DNA of 64,000 nt from Myxococcota bacterium (GCA_965223415.1 OZ245002.1:1600001-1664000); one strand, 5' to 3'. Positions 19,050 through 29,541 are shown, counted from the first letter of the stretch. The notes: a model not told the origin generated them from the sequence alone. Made by a program: numbers and translations.

Positions 19050-19928
19050 TCAGCGCTCTCGCGCGCGGGCGCGTTCCAGGATCCGCGGTGCAGCGAGGTC
19101 CGCGCACACGGCCTCGAGCTCGTCGTCCCGGACGCCTCGCCACTCGAGGTCGTCGAGCGACTCCTCGAGCGGCACATCGGTGACGAGCGTCGCGAGCTTC
19201 TTGAACAACATCGCGTCGTCGCGCTCCGCGGCCAGTGTCTCCGCCAGGCGCGCCGCGCCCCGTACCTTCACGTCCCATTCGGCTGCGTCGTCGGGGATCG
19301 ACTCGATGGAGCCGTAGCGATCGAGCAGGAGTGCAGTGCTCTTCTCGCCGAAGCCGCGCAGGCCGGGGATTCCGTCGGCGGCGTCGCCCACCAGCCCGAG
19401 GAAATCGGGGATGGCCGAGGGCGGAACGCCGCGTCGCTCCCGTACGGCCTTCTCATCGATGACCTTGCGACGGATCGTGTCGACCTGCACCACCTGCTGA
19501 CCGCGCACGCTCTGGCCGAGATCCTTGTCGGGGCTCATGATGCGCACCTGCTGGACATCGTCCGCCCAGCGCGCGGCCGCGGTGGCCAGCGCGTCGTCGG
19601 CCTCCCAGCGATCCATGCGCCATACCGTCAACCCGAGCGCATGGGCGGCGAGCTCCACCAGGTCGAACTGGGCCTTGAGCGCCTCTTCCATGCCCTCGCC
19701 CGTCTTGTAGCCATCGAAGAGATCGTTGCGGAAGGACTCGACGGGGTTGTCGAAGGCGGCCGCCAGGTGGGTGGCTCCTTCTTCGGGGCTGTCCAGCAGG
19801 TTCAGCATCGAGCTCATGAAGCCGACGGTGGCCTTGACGTCGCTGCCATCGGCGGCCGTGTGGTCCGGCCTCTTGGAGTAGTGGGCGCGAAACAGCTCGA
19901 AGGTGCCGTCGACGATGTGAAGGCGCAT
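19050..19928 (-). CDS. Stand-alone 5'-3' exonuclease / flap endonuclease
   Basis: IVDGT, FRNDLFDGYK, EADDALAT, SPDKDL and LVGDAADGIPGLRGFGEK (H3TH) motifs. Confidence 0.9.
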   Translation of the reverse strand: MRLHIVDGTFELFRAHYSKRPDHTAADGSDVKATVGFMSSMLNLLDSPEEGATHLAAAFDNPVESFRNDLFDGYKTGEGMEEALKAQFDLVELAAHALGLTVWRMDRWEADDALATAAARWADDVQQVRIMSPDKDLGQSVRGQQVVQVDTIRRKVIDEKAVRERRGVPPSAIPDFLGLVGDAADGIPGLRGFGEKSTALLLDRYGSIESIPDDAAEWDVKVRGAARLAETLAAERDDAMLFKKLATLVTDVPLEESLDDLEWRGVRDDELEAVCADLAAPRILERARARER

Positions 19929-19988
19929 GGCGTGACGAAAGGGTAGCGACCGGCCCGAAGGCACCGCACGCCGCGGTATCGTCCCGTC

Positions 19989-21224
19989 ATGGCTACGTCT
20001 TCGGGCTCGACCTTTGCGGCGCTCGCCGTGCGCGACTTCCGCATCCTGTGGGTCGGGACCTGGCTCTCGTTCACCGCCTTCTTCATGTCGACGGTGGTGA
20101 ACAGCGTCGTGGCCTTCGAGCTCGAAGGTCTCAACACCTCGGTGGGTTGGGTGGTGTTCGCACAAGGGATCACCATGATGACCCTGTCGCCCATCGGCGG
20201 GGCGGTAGCCGATCGTCTGCCCAAGCGACGCGTGGTGGCGCTCGGACTGGTCGTCACGGGCAGCATCTTCTTGACGGTCTCGGCGCTCGTGGCCTTCGAG
20301 CGCATCGCAGTCGTGTTCCTCGCGATGGGCTCACTGGTGATGGGCGCCACCTTCTCGTTTCAGGGACCCGCGCGACAGGCGCTGGTGGTCGACCTGGTAC
20401 CGACGCCGCTACGCCCGAACGCGATCGCGCTCGCGACCGTGGCGAACACGGGGAGCCGCGTCTTCGGGCCGGCGCTGGCGGGCCTGTTCCTCGTTGCGGG
20501 CGGCGCGGGGCCGGGCGTCGCCTACGCGTGGATGGCCGGCCTGTACTTTCTCTCGGCTGCGCTGCTGATCCTCCTCCCGAAGTCCCGCATTCCGGAGAAC
20601 GCCGAGCAGCGCGGTCTCTTCGACGACGTGGCGATCGGGCTGCGTTACGTCGCCCACACCCCGCGCCTGCGGCTCCTGCTCCTGTTCTACACGCTCGTCA
20701 TCATGGCTGGCTTTCCGCACATCACGTTGCTGCCCGGGCTGCTCGAGAATCAGCTCGGACGGGAGGCCTCGGAGGTGAGCCTGCTCTTCGCATCATCCGC
20801 AGTGAGCGCGCTGGCATCGAGCCTCGTCGCTGCGCGCCTCGCGGATTCCCGCCGAGGACTTACGTACTTCGCGGGCTCGGGCCTGCTGTTCGCGCTGTCC
20901 GTGCTCGGCCTGGGAGCGGTGCCCAGCTTCGCTTGGGCGTTCGTGGCGATGTTCGCGGTAGGGCTCGGGAGCGGCGCCTTTCAGACGCTGGGCTCCGCCG
21001 TGGCGGTGCAGGAGGCAGAGCCCCAGTACGTGGGCCGGGTGCTCTCGCTCACCATGTTGGCGTTTGCGGGCTTCGGGCTGGTGGGGCTGCCGGTGGGCTT
21101 GATCGCGGATCACGTGGGCGAGCGGGAGACGATGATCGGAATGGGGCTCGTGGTGCTCGGCCTGATCGGCATGCTGGCGGTGGGGTCGACTCGGGTACCG
21201 GCACGGGCGCCGCGGAGCTCCTGA
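19989..21224 (+). CDS. MFS transporter
   Basis: About 12 hydrophobic segments; GGAVADRLPKRR motif A. Confidence 0.9.
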   Translation: MATSSGSTFAALAVRDFRILWVGTWLSFTAFFMSTVVNSVVAFELEGLNTSVGWVVFAQGITMMTLSPIGGAVADRLPKRRVVALGLVVTGSIFLTVSALVAFERIAVVFLAMGSLVMGATFSFQGPARQALVVDLVPTPLRPNAIALATVANTGSRVFGPALAGLFLVAGGAGPGVAYAWMAGLYFLSAALLILLPKSRIPENAEQRGLFDDVAIGLRYVAHTPRLRLLLLFYTLVIMAGFPHITLLPGLLENQLGREASEVSLLFASSAVSALASSLVAARLADSRRGLTYFAGSGLLFALSVLGLGAVPSFAWAFVAMFAVGLGSGAFQTLGSAVAVQEAEPQYVGRVLSLTMLAFAGFGLVGLPVGLIADHVGERETMIGMGLVVLGLIGMLAVGSTRVPARAPRSS

Positions 21225-21356
21225 CGCGGCGGAGAGGACCGATGCTCCGGTGGAATCACGGGACTTCCGTCCCGTTCTCCAGCTACGTCGAGTGCGAGAT
21301 CGAGATCCTCGCCGATTCACGAGTGCCGAGGGGGACATGTGATTGTCGTGCGGGCT

Positions 21357-22109
21357 TCAGTCCAGGTGTTGCCTCAGCGCGGCCAGCACCACCTCCGGCC
21401 CCGAGCGCCGCTGGTAGTTCTCCGACTGGTCCATCCACAGGACCTTGCCCTCGGCATCGACGAGGAGCGAGGTCGGGACCGGCAGCGCTTCCGCGTCGTC
21501 GCCCGGCGGCGCCGAGTGCGCCAGCAGGTTTCGCAGCCCGAAGGCGTCGGTGACGACCAGGTCCGGGTCCGAGATCATGACGGCCTGCAGGCCGTGGGCA
21601 CCGCGGCCCTCGCGGATCTCCTCCGGATGGTCGGTGCTGACGGTGAGCACCTGCACGTTCCGCTTGTCGAACTCGGGCCGGAGCTCTTCCCATCGCCGCA
21701 ACTCGGCGACACAGTAGGGTCACCAGTGGGCGCGGAAGAACTTGATCAGGACGGGCTTTCCGCGCAGGTCCGCCGAGTCGAAGATTTCGCCGCGATCGTC
21801 CGGGCCCGTGAAGTGCGGAAGCGTATCGCCGACCTGGATCGAGCCGGCGGCGACTTCCTGCGCACTGATCGCGACCGTGAACGGGAGGAAGCCTCCGATC
21901 ACCATGGCGCCGACGCCCGCGATCGCGCCGTACCAGTTTACGCCCCGGAAGAACGAGAACAGGCCGAGCAGCGCTGCCGACACCCACGTGACGACGAACA
22001 GCGTCCGGTTCACGGGGAGGTCGACGGCGCGGGCCTGGGAGAACCACAGGACGGTACAGCCAAACGCCAGGACGAGAGCTCCGAGTGCGATCTTGCTTCC
22101 GGTCTTCAT
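21357..22109 (-). CDS. Membrane-anchored AhpC/TSA peroxiredoxin-like protein with UxxC motif, probable selenoprotein
   Basis: GGAGG RBS; three N-terminal hydrophobic segments; VGDTLPHF..GKPVLIKFFRAHW-TGA(21722-21720)-PYCVAEL continues in frame into ORF 21357..21701. Confidence 0.88.
21693..21709 (-). promoter_or_regulatory. Putative bacterial SECIS hairpin
   Basis: TCGCCG-AGTTG-CGGCGA perfect 6-bp stem; loop begins after a 16-nt spacer from the UGA. Confidence 0.65.
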
Positions 22110-22134
22110 GCAAACCCTCCGAGGGTCGGATACT

Positions 22135-24453
22135 CTAGCTGGACTCCGCCGCCCCGGCAGCGCGGAGCGCGTCGACCGTTCCATCGATGGTGAGGAGCTC
22201 GGGCAGGAGGACGGCTTCCGCGCCCGGGTCGGCCGGGTAGACGAGGTACATCGGCACGCCCGCGCGCCCCCAGGCGGCCAGGGCCTGACCGATCTCCTCG
22301 TCGGGAAGGGTGAAGTCGGCCGTGAAGGTGGCGAAGTTCCAGGTCTCGAGCTCGGCTTGGACCGCGTCGCTGGCCAGGACCGCCGTCTCGTTCACCTGGC
22401 ACGTGATGCACCAGTCGGCCGTGAAGTCGACGAAGACCGGCCGGCCGGCGGCGCGCTCCCGGCCGATGGCCGCCGCGTCGTAGACCTCCCAGGCGTCGAC
22501 GCCCTCCGGCCCGGCGACCGCCCCGGTCGGCGTCGCCGGAGCCGGGTCGAGCGGGAGGAAGGCGAGGGCGCCTGCCACGATGAAGGCGGTGCCGACGGCG
22601 ACCGCGCGCGCGGGTCCCACGCGTCCCGTGGCCTGGAGGCTTCCGAAGATCCAGAGCAGGAACGCGATGCCCACGAGGGCGGCCAGCAGGAGCGCCACGG
22701 CGTCCACGCCGACCGTGCGTCCCATCAGCCAGAGCAGCCAGACGACGGTGGCCAGCAGGGCGAAACCGAGGCCCGCCCGCACGCGCAACATCCAGGCGCC
22801 CGGCCGGGGAATGAAGCGGGCCCAGCCGGGGACGAGAGTGACGAGGACGAAAGGCAGAGCCAGGCCGACCCCGATCGCGGCGAAGATCGTGAAGATGACG
22901 GCGGGCGGGCTCGCGAAGGCGAAGCCGACGGCGGTTCCGAGGAAGGGCGCCGTGCACGGGGTGGCGACGGCGACGGCGAGCGCGCCCTCGAAGAAGCTCC
23001 GCCGGCGAGCGGGCGCGGCTTCCGGTGCCGCGACACCGGGCCCCGCCGCCTGCCAGGTCACTTCGAAGACGCCGAAGAGGTTCAGGGCGAAGACGACCAG
23101 CAACGTTCCGATGGCCGCCACGAAGACGGGCTCCTGGAACTGGAAGCCCCAGCCGACCGAGGCGCCCGCCGCGCGCAGTGCCACGACGCCGGCGGCGAGC
23201 GCCAGCATGGAACCCAGGACACCACCCAGGTACGCGAGGCCGTGCTGGACGACGCGTCCGCGCCCCTCGTGGGCGAGCTCGGCGACGGCGAAGACCTTGA
23301 GCGCGAGGACGGGCAGCACGCACGGCATCAGGTTCAGGATGAGCCCGCCGAGCAATGCGAGGAGGAGGGCACGGACGATCGGGAGGCCGCCTCCAGTCGC
23401 AGTGGTGGCGGCGGTCGGATGGCCGTCGTCTCCCGCGGCCGACACCAGCGGGTCGACGATGGCGAAGTCGTCGACGTTGGCGGGCGTGATCGCGGCCCCT
23501 GGCGGCGCGAAGACGAGGGGAAGGTCGACGGCCAAATGAGCGACCTGTCCCTCCCGGGCGAGGGGCAGGACGCCACGGAGCCGAGCGACGCCATCCTGGG
23601 CGTCCTGGGCGAAGCGGCCCGAGAGCACCACCGAGAACCCGGAGCCGTCCGTGGACGGCGCGGGCCCGAGGCCCAGTGGCGCGAACCGGGCTCCCTTCGC
23701 CGGATCCGGAACGAAGGCCGCTTCGACGCGATCGGGCGAGAGCTTCCAGGGCTGGCAGTCCGCGGTCTCGGCCTCGCAGGAGGTGACGTCGAGCGCGACC
23801 TGGAACGCATCCCCGGGACGCACGGGCGTATGGGACGTCCGCGCCTCGGCCCGGATGCCGAGCGCCTCGGGCGGCTGCGGGACCCGCGCGGCCGCGAGCG
23901 CAAAGCGATGGCGCACCGACGAGGGCGGTGGTGCAGCGCCGGCCACGACGGGCACGCTCCGCATCAGCCGGATGCCGCCCTTGATGCACTGCACCTTGCA
24001 GGCGACGAACCTCGTCTCGACCTCGAGCCGCCAGGTGTCCCGGGCCGTCGGCGCGACCACGGCGTCGCTCGCCAGGAGCACGTCGCCGTCGTACCCGTAG
24101 GTGGTGAGGACGTCGGCCTCGCGATAGGCGCGCGGCGCCGGCCAGTGCGTCGGGCCGATCTCAGCGTTCGGGCTCTGCCAGTCGAGCTCGGTCGCGGCGC
24201 CCGAATCCCCGGGATGACGCCAGTAGATGTGCCAGCCCGGGGCCATGGTGAACAGCACCCCGACGCGGACGGTCTCGCCGGGCCGGACGCCGGCGGCATC
24301 GACGAGGAGCTCGGCGGCAACGCGCGCCTCGCCCTGGTCGGTCGCGCCCTCACCTCGGGCCTCCGCGGCGCCCCAGGCCGGGTGGGCGCTCGTCAGCAGG
24401 AACGCGAGCACGAGTGCGGCGCGCCAAATCCCCGCGTGGGTTGCGCTCGGCAT
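22135..24453 (-). CDS. dsbD: Thiol:disulfide interchange protein, DsbD family
   Basis: GWHIYW and ACKVQC (alpha domain); LNLMPCVLPV and ATPCTAPF (TM domain); DFTADWCITCQ (thioredoxin domain). Confidence 0.9.
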   Translation of the reverse strand: MPSATHAGIWRAALVLAFLLTSAHPAWGAAEARGEGATDQGEARVAAELLVDAAGVRPGETVRVGVLFTMAPGWHIYWRHPGDSGAATELDWQSPNAEIGPTHWPAPRAYREADVLTTYGYDGDVLLASDAVVAPTARDTWRLEVETRFVACKVQCIKGGIRLMRSVPVVAGAAPPPSSVRHRFALAAARVPQPPEALGIRAEARTSHTPVRPGDAFQVALDVTSCEAETADCQPWKLSPDRVEAAFVPDPAKGARFAPLGLGPAPSTDGSGFSVVLSGRFAQDAQDGVARLRGVLPLAREGQVAHLAVDLPLVFAPPGAAITPANVDDFAIVDPLVSAAGDDGHPTAATTATGGGLPIVRALLLALLGGLILNLMPCVLPVLALKVFAVAELAHEGRGRVVQHGLAYLGGVLGSMLALAAGVVALRAAGASVGWGFQFQEPVFVAAIGTLLVVFALNLFGVFEVTWQAAGPGVAAPEAAPARRRSFFEGALAVAVATPCTAPFLGTAVGFAFASPPAVIFTIFAAIGVGLALPFVLVTLVPGWARFIPRPGAWMLRVRAGLGFALLATVVWLLWLMGRTVGVDAVALLLAALVGIAFLLWIFGSLQATGRVGPARAVAVGTAFIVAGALAFLPLDPAPATPTGAVAGPEGVDAWEVYDAAAIGRERAAGRPVFVDFTADWCITCQVNETAVLASDAVQAELETWNFATFTADFTLPDEEIGQALAAWGRAGVPMYLVYPADPGAEAVLLPELLTIDGTVDALRAAGAAESS

Positions 24454-24762
24454 GGCATGAACCCTTCCTTCGGGCGATTCCTGTGACCCGGGGGCGCATC
24501 CGGCTCGGGAGAGCTTGTTGTCGGCATATGCTATGCCATTAGTGAGGGATGGCAAGGCTGACCGTCACCGTTGCGCCGAAGAAGGCGGGGCCGGGACTTC
24601 GTCGGTGCCGTCGAGCGACCCGAGTCACGCGGCCTGGGAAGCGGCTTCGGCCAGCCGAGCGCGCCGGACCTCGAGTCCCGATTCGGGGACTCCGCGGTGA
24701 CCCGATCCCGCGCGGCTAGTCCGACAGACCCGGCCCAACTCGTCCTGCGCACCAGAACTCGA

Positions 24763-26559
24763 TCAGATGCTCGCCCGCCGATGGAGCCGTGCATACGCGC
24801 CCTCGGCCGCGAGCAGTTCGTCGTGCGTGCCTTCCTCGGCGATGCCCTCGTCGGCTAGCACGATAATCCGCTTCGCGTGCCTCACCGTCGAGAGCCGATG
24901 CGCGATGACCAGGGTCGTGCGTTCGCGCGCGAGCTGCAGCAGGGACTCGTGGACGGCCTCCTCGCTCTCGCTGTCCAATGCGCTTGTAGCCTCGTCGAAG
25001 ATCAGGACGGGCGGATCCTTCAGGAAGACACGGGCGATGCTCAAGCGCTGCTTCTGTCCGCCCGAGAGCTTGACCCCCCGCTCACCGATGTCGGTGTCGT
25101 AGCCGCGTGGCAAGGCCGTGATGAACTCGTGGGCGTGCGCGCGCATGGCGGCTTCCACGATCTCGTCCCGTCCGGCGTCGGGACGGCCGTAGCCGAGATT
25201 CTCGGCGACGGTGCCCGCGAACAGGTAGACGTCCTGCTGGACCACCCCGATGCTGCGGCGCAACGCTTCGAGGCGGATGCGGCGGACGTCGATGGCGTCG
25301 AGCAGCACTGCGCCTTCGGTCACTTCGTAGAAACGCGGGATCAGCGAACACAGCGTCGTCTTGCCGGCGCCCGACGGCCCCACGAGGGCCACGAACTCCC
25401 CGGGCTCGATCTCGAGCGTCAGATTCCGGACGACCCAGGCCGTGCCATCGGAGTAGCGGAAGCTCGCGTTGTGGAAGCCGATGCGCCCCCGGACCCGGGA
25501 CGGCACGATCGCGTCCGGATGATCGGACAGGTCGGGCTCGACCTCGAGCATCTCCATGAAGCGATCGAAGCCCGTGATCCCTTCCTGAAACGAGCGCGCG
25601 AAGTTCGCGAACCGCTTGATCGGATCGACGAGGACCGCCACGCAGAGCAGAAAGGTGACCAGGTCGGCCAGGTCGAGCGAGTCGTGTGCGATGGCTACGG
25701 CGCCGAGAACGATCACCGCGATCGTAATGAGCTGCGCGAAGGCCTCCATGCCGCCGGAGAACCACGCCTCACTGCGATACCCGTCGCTACGACTCGCGAG
25801 GAAGCGCTCGTTGTCGTACGCGAAGCGCGAGCTCTCGAGCTCTTCGTTCGTGAAGGACTTCGCGACGCGGATGCCGGCGAGCGAGTCCTCGATCCGCTCG
25901 TTGATGTCGCCGATGCGGTCCTTCGTGCGGCGTAGTGCCCGATTCATGCGGCGGTTGAAGTACAGCGCGTAGGGAAGCATGGCGGCCAGGATGGCCGCCA
26001 CGACGAGCGTCAACCCCACGTCGATCCATGCCAGGATGGCCATCACCCCAGACAGCTTGAAGAACGCGATCGCGAGGTCTTCCGGTCCGTGGTGGTAGAG
26101 CTCGGCAAGCGAGAGCGGGTCATTCGTGATTCGGGTCATGAGCTGACCCGTGCGCTGCTGGTCGTAGAAGCGAAACGAGAGCTTCTGGTAGTGCTCGAAG
26201 AGCTCGCGGCGCATGTCGCGCTCCATCCTCGCGCCCATCACGTGGCCCCGGCAGTCCACGAACCAGCTGCACAGCGCCTGGATCGCGACGAGCGCAAGCA
26301 TGACTCCGCCCAGGAGCCAGATCTCGCTGAGCAGCTCGGACGCAGGCTCTCCGCTCAGCAGCCGCTTGGTCACGTGGTTGGCACAGAGCGGCAGCAACAA
26401 CGCGGCAGCCGCCACGACGAACGCACAAGCGAGATCGGCGGCCAGCAGACTGCGGTAGGGCCGGTAGTAGGAGAGGAACTTCTTGAGCCGCGAGCCTGCG
26501 GCTAGGGTCGGGCTACCGGCGGCTGCATGTACCGGGGCCTCGAGAGTTTGAGACTGCAT
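24763..26559 (-). CDS. ABC transporter, fused permease + ATPase (exporter)
   Basis: N-terminal TM domain; GPSGAGKT, LSGGQKQR, IFDEATSALD and IAHRLST motifs. Confidence 0.93.
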   Translation of the reverse strand: MQSQTLEAPVHAAAGSPTLAAGSRLKKFLSYYRPYRSLLAADLACAFVVAAAALLLPLCANHVTKRLLSGEPASELLSEIWLLGGVMLALVAIQALCSWFVDCRGHVMGARMERDMRRELFEHYQKLSFRFYDQQRTGQLMTRITNDPLSLAELYHHGPEDLAIAFFKLSGVMAILAWIDVGLTLVVAAILAAMLPYALYFNRRMNRALRRTKDRIGDINERIEDSLAGIRVAKSFTNEELESSRFAYDNERFLASRSDGYRSEAWFSGGMEAFAQLITIAVIVLGAVAIAHDSLDLADLVTFLLCVAVLVDPIKRFANFARSFQEGITGFDRFMEMLEVEPDLSDHPDAIVPSRVRGRIGFHNASFRYSDGTAWVVRNLTLEIEPGEFVALVGPSGAGKTTLCSLIPRFYEVTEGAVLLDAIDVRRIRLEALRRSIGVVQQDVYLFAGTVAENLGYGRPDAGRDEIVEAAMRAHAHEFITALPRGYDTDIGERGVKLSGGQKQRLSIARVFLKDPPVLIFDEATSALDSESEEAVHESLLQLARERTTLVIAHRLSTVRHAKRIIVLADEGIAEEGTHDELLAAEGAYARLHRRASI

Positions 26560-26916
26560 GGAACGTCATGTCCTCGTGATCGGTGCACGAATCCCGGGCT
26601 CTCTGGCTGGACATCGACGTTGTCATTGTGCTCTCCCTCGGGGATCCGATGGCGTTCGGATGGTAGGTCCGCGCCCGATCCAGCGTCAACTTCGAGGCGC
26701 CTGCGATCCTGGGCACCGCTCTGGGGCGCCCCCGACGCACCGTACCCGACGAAGAATGCGTGGTAGACCAGCGCGAGAACGAGGCGGCGAAGCGGGAACG
26801 GAGTCGCGCGGTGGCCCAGGCATGCCCCCCGGCCTTCTCGCTGGCATACTGGGCGCCGAGATCCTCGCGGATGCACCCTCGAGCGCCCCCCACTCCGCGA
26901 GACGAAGGAGGACGCC

Positions 26917-28413
26917 ATGACCGAGCCCGCCCGGAGAAGAAGGACGGGGCAGCTCGCCCTCGCTGCGTGGCTCGCCGCCTGCCCGCTCGCCTTCGTGGGG
27001 CTGGGCGGTTTCCTTGGGGAATCCCTCGAGGGGGTGGACCGGGCGATGATCCCGAAGCTCCTGCCCGCGCTGGCCGTCCTCGCGGTGCTCGTCGCGGGGG
27101 TGATCACGGTTCAGTGGGCCCGCCAACTCGGGCCGCCGGCAGGCGCCGAGAAGCCTACAGGCCTGGAGCGCCGCCGCCTCCTGGCCGGCTCGGCCGCCCT
27201 GGCAGGCGGTGCGATCGGCGTCGTCGCCTCCGTCCTCGCGCGGCTCTTCGGCTGGATGACGGTGACCGGGCCCAACATCGGCCCCGCCGTCGAGCAGACC
27301 GCCCCGAACCGCCGGACGGAATGGGAGGGTTCGCGGATCCAGCGCTATCGGCGGCTCGGGCGGACGGACACCCGGGTCTCGGACATCGCGTTGGGCACGA
27401 CCCAGCTCTTCCGCAACGCCGACCCGGTCTCGGTCATGCGTTCGGCGCTCGACCGCGGCGTCAACTACATCGACACCTCGCCCGACTACGCCGGCTCCGA
27501 GGCCGAGAAAGCCATCGGCGAGGCGATCCGCGGCCGCCGGGACGGGCTCTTCCTGGCGACCAAGTGGTGCACGACCGAGGGGCACGTGCGCCAGGGCGCC
27601 CCCGTCGCGACCTACGTGGAGAGCATCGAGGGGAGCCTGCGGCGGCTCGGCACCGACCACGTGGACCTCGTCCACGTGCACTCCTGCGACTCGGTCGAGC
27701 GGCTGCTCGACCCGAACCTCCACGAGGCCTTCGACCGGCTGAAGCAGCAGGGCAAGGTGCGTTTCATGGGCGTGTCGACCCATACGCCCAACCTCGAGGA
27801 GGTGGCGAACGCGGCCCTCGAGAGCGACCGCTTCGACGTGATGATGCTCGCCTACCATCACGGTGCCTGGCCCCGGCTCGCCGACATCGTCGATCGCGCG
27901 CACGCCCAGGACGTGGGCCTCGTGGCCATGAAGACGCTGAAGGGCGCCAAGCACCAGGGCCTCGCGGAGATGCGGCCCGAGGCGGACGCCTACAGTCAGG
28001 CCGCCTTCAAGTGGGTACTCGCGAACCCGAGCGTCTCCTGCCTCGTCGTGTCCTTCTTCGAGCACCAGCACGTGGACGAGTACCTCTACGCCTCGGGCGC
28101 CGCGCTCACCCCCGCCGACACCGCTGTGCTCGAGAAGTACGACCGGCTGATCGCCGGAACGCACTGCTTCCAGCACTGCGGCGCGTGCCTGGACGCCTGC
28201 CCGGAAGGGCTCGCCATCCACGACGTCCTGCGTCACCGCATGTACTTCGAGGACTACGGCGACCAGAAGCAGGCCATGCAGCTCTACGCGAAGCTCTCGC
28301 CCCAGGCCGACGTCTGCACGGGCTGTGCGGCCCCTTGCGCGAGCACCTGCCCCCACGGCGTGCCGATCGCGGAGCGAACGGCCGGGGCCCACGAGCTGCT
28401 CACGCTCGCCTGA
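26917..28413 (+). CDS. Aldo/keto reductase with C-terminal 4Fe-4S dicluster and N-terminal membrane segments
   Basis: YRRLGRT, YIDTSPDY, LATK and VHVHS; CFQHCGACLDAC and CTGCAAPCASTCP; GAAGGAGG RBS. Confidence 0.85.
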   Translation: MTEPARRRRTGQLALAAWLAACPLAFVGLGGFLGESLEGVDRAMIPKLLPALAVLAVLVAGVITVQWARQLGPPAGAEKPTGLERRRLLAGSAALAGGAIGVVASVLARLFGWMTVTGPNIGPAVEQTAPNRRTEWEGSRIQRYRRLGRTDTRVSDIALGTTQLFRNADPVSVMRSALDRGVNYIDTSPDYAGSEAEKAIGEAIRGRRDGLFLATKWCTTEGHVRQGAPVATYVESIEGSLRRLGTDHVDLVHVHSCDSVERLLDPNLHEAFDRLKQQGKVRFMGVSTHTPNLEEVANAALESDRFDVMMLAYHHGAWPRLADIVDRAHAQDVGLVAMKTLKGAKHQGLAEMRPEADAYSQAAFKWVLANPSVSCLVVSFFEHQHVDEYLYASGAALTPADTAVLEKYDRLIAGTHCFQHCGACLDACPEGLAIHDVLRHRMYFEDYGDQKQAMQLYAKLSPQADVCTGCAAPCASTCPHGVPIAERTAGAHELLTLA

Positions 28414-28477
28414 CACAGGCCCGCCGACCGTCCCGGAATCCCGGCGCCCGATCGGGTTGGATTGCCTGGTCCGGATG

Positions 28478-29197
28478 CTAGGCCAGGATCAGCCGCTTGC
28501 AGGAGGGGCATGGCGTCCAGGAGCCCGGGCCCTCGGCCTTGATGCGGCTCACCTCCACCACGGGCAGCACCACGCGACAGGTGCCGCAGGTGTTCTCGAC
28601 GAGGTGGCTCATCACCAAGCCGCCCAGCCGTGCGAGACCTCGCTGCTTCTCGTAGTCCTTCAGCAAGGCGTCGCCGACTTCTGGCGTGACCAGCTTGCGG
28701 GCGTCGGCGAGACGCGCGAGCTCGCCGTCGATGCGCCCCTCTTGGGTCGCGATCTCGGCCCGCAGGGCCTCGCAGTCGCCCTCGAGTCCGGCGCGCAGCG
28801 CGTCGATCTCGGCCATCTCGGCTTCGTGCTGCTCGCCGCATTCCATGATCTCGAGCTCGCGCTCCTCCCTCTCGGCCTGGCGCGTCCTCCAGGAGGCGGA
28901 CTCGGCCTGCAGGGCCTCGAGGTCCTTCGCCGCGGTGACGCGACCGGAGTAGAGATCGTCTTCGAGCGCCTTGGCGCGGGCCGCCAGGTCCGCGACCTCC
29001 GCCGCGACCGTGCTCTCTTCCTGCGTCAGCGCCGCGCGTCGGGCCTCGGCCTCGGCGCGGCGGAGGAGGAGTGCCCGGTCTTCGTCGCCCCTGGCCTCGA
29101 GGCGGGCCCGTTCGGGGAGCCCTGCGCGTTCGTCCCGCAGCCGATCCGCCTCCGAGTCGAGGCCCTGGAGCGTGAGCACCGGATGGAGCGTGGGCAT
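28478..29197 (-). CDS. Coiled-coil protein with C4-type zinc ribbon (DUF164-like)
   Basis: LQGLD start, long coiled coil, CGTCRVVL..CPSCKRLI. Confidence 0.85.
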   Translation of the reverse strand: MPTLHPVLTLQGLDSEADRLRDERAGLPERARLEARGDEDRALLLRRAEAEARRAALTQEESTVAAEVADLAARAKALEDDLYSGRVTAAKDLEALQAESASWRTRQAEREERELEIMECGEQHEAEMAEIDALRAGLEGDCEALRAEIATQEGRIDGELARLADARKLVTPEVGDALLKDYEKQRGLARLGGLVMSHLVENTCGTCRVVLPVVEVSRIKAEGPGSWTPCPSCKRLILA

Positions 29198-29262
29198 GGC
29201 GGGGAGCGTAGGCCAGGGGTGGGGAGAGGCGGAGCCCGGAGGCTGCCGCCTCTCCCTGGGAG

Positions 29263-29541
29263 CTAGCGGTTGTAGCCACCGCCGCCGCCACCGCGGCGGT
29301 CCTGGGCTTCGTTCACGCGCAGGGGACGACCCCCCATGTCGCTGCCGTCGAGGGCGCGGATCGCGTCGTTCGCGGCGCTCTCCTCGCTCATCTCGACGAA
29401 CGCGAAGCCGCGTGCCCGCCCCGTCTCGCGGTCGGTGATGACCGCGACGGAGTCGATGCTCCCGTGACGACCGAACAGGTCGCGAAGCTCCTGCTCGGTG
29501 GCGGAGAAGGGAAGGTTGCCGACGTAGATCTTCTTGCTCAA
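29263..29541 (-). CDS. RNA-binding protein (RRM, Gly-rich tail)
   Basis: TTG start after GAGG; KKIYVGNLPF (RNP2), RGFAFVEM (RNP1), LRVNEAQDRRGGGGGG. Confidence 0.93.
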   Translation of the reverse strand: MSKKIYVGNLPFSATEQELRDLFGRHGSIDSVAVITDRETGRARGFAFVEMSEESAANDAIRALDGSDMGGRPLRVNEAQDRRGGGGGGYNR

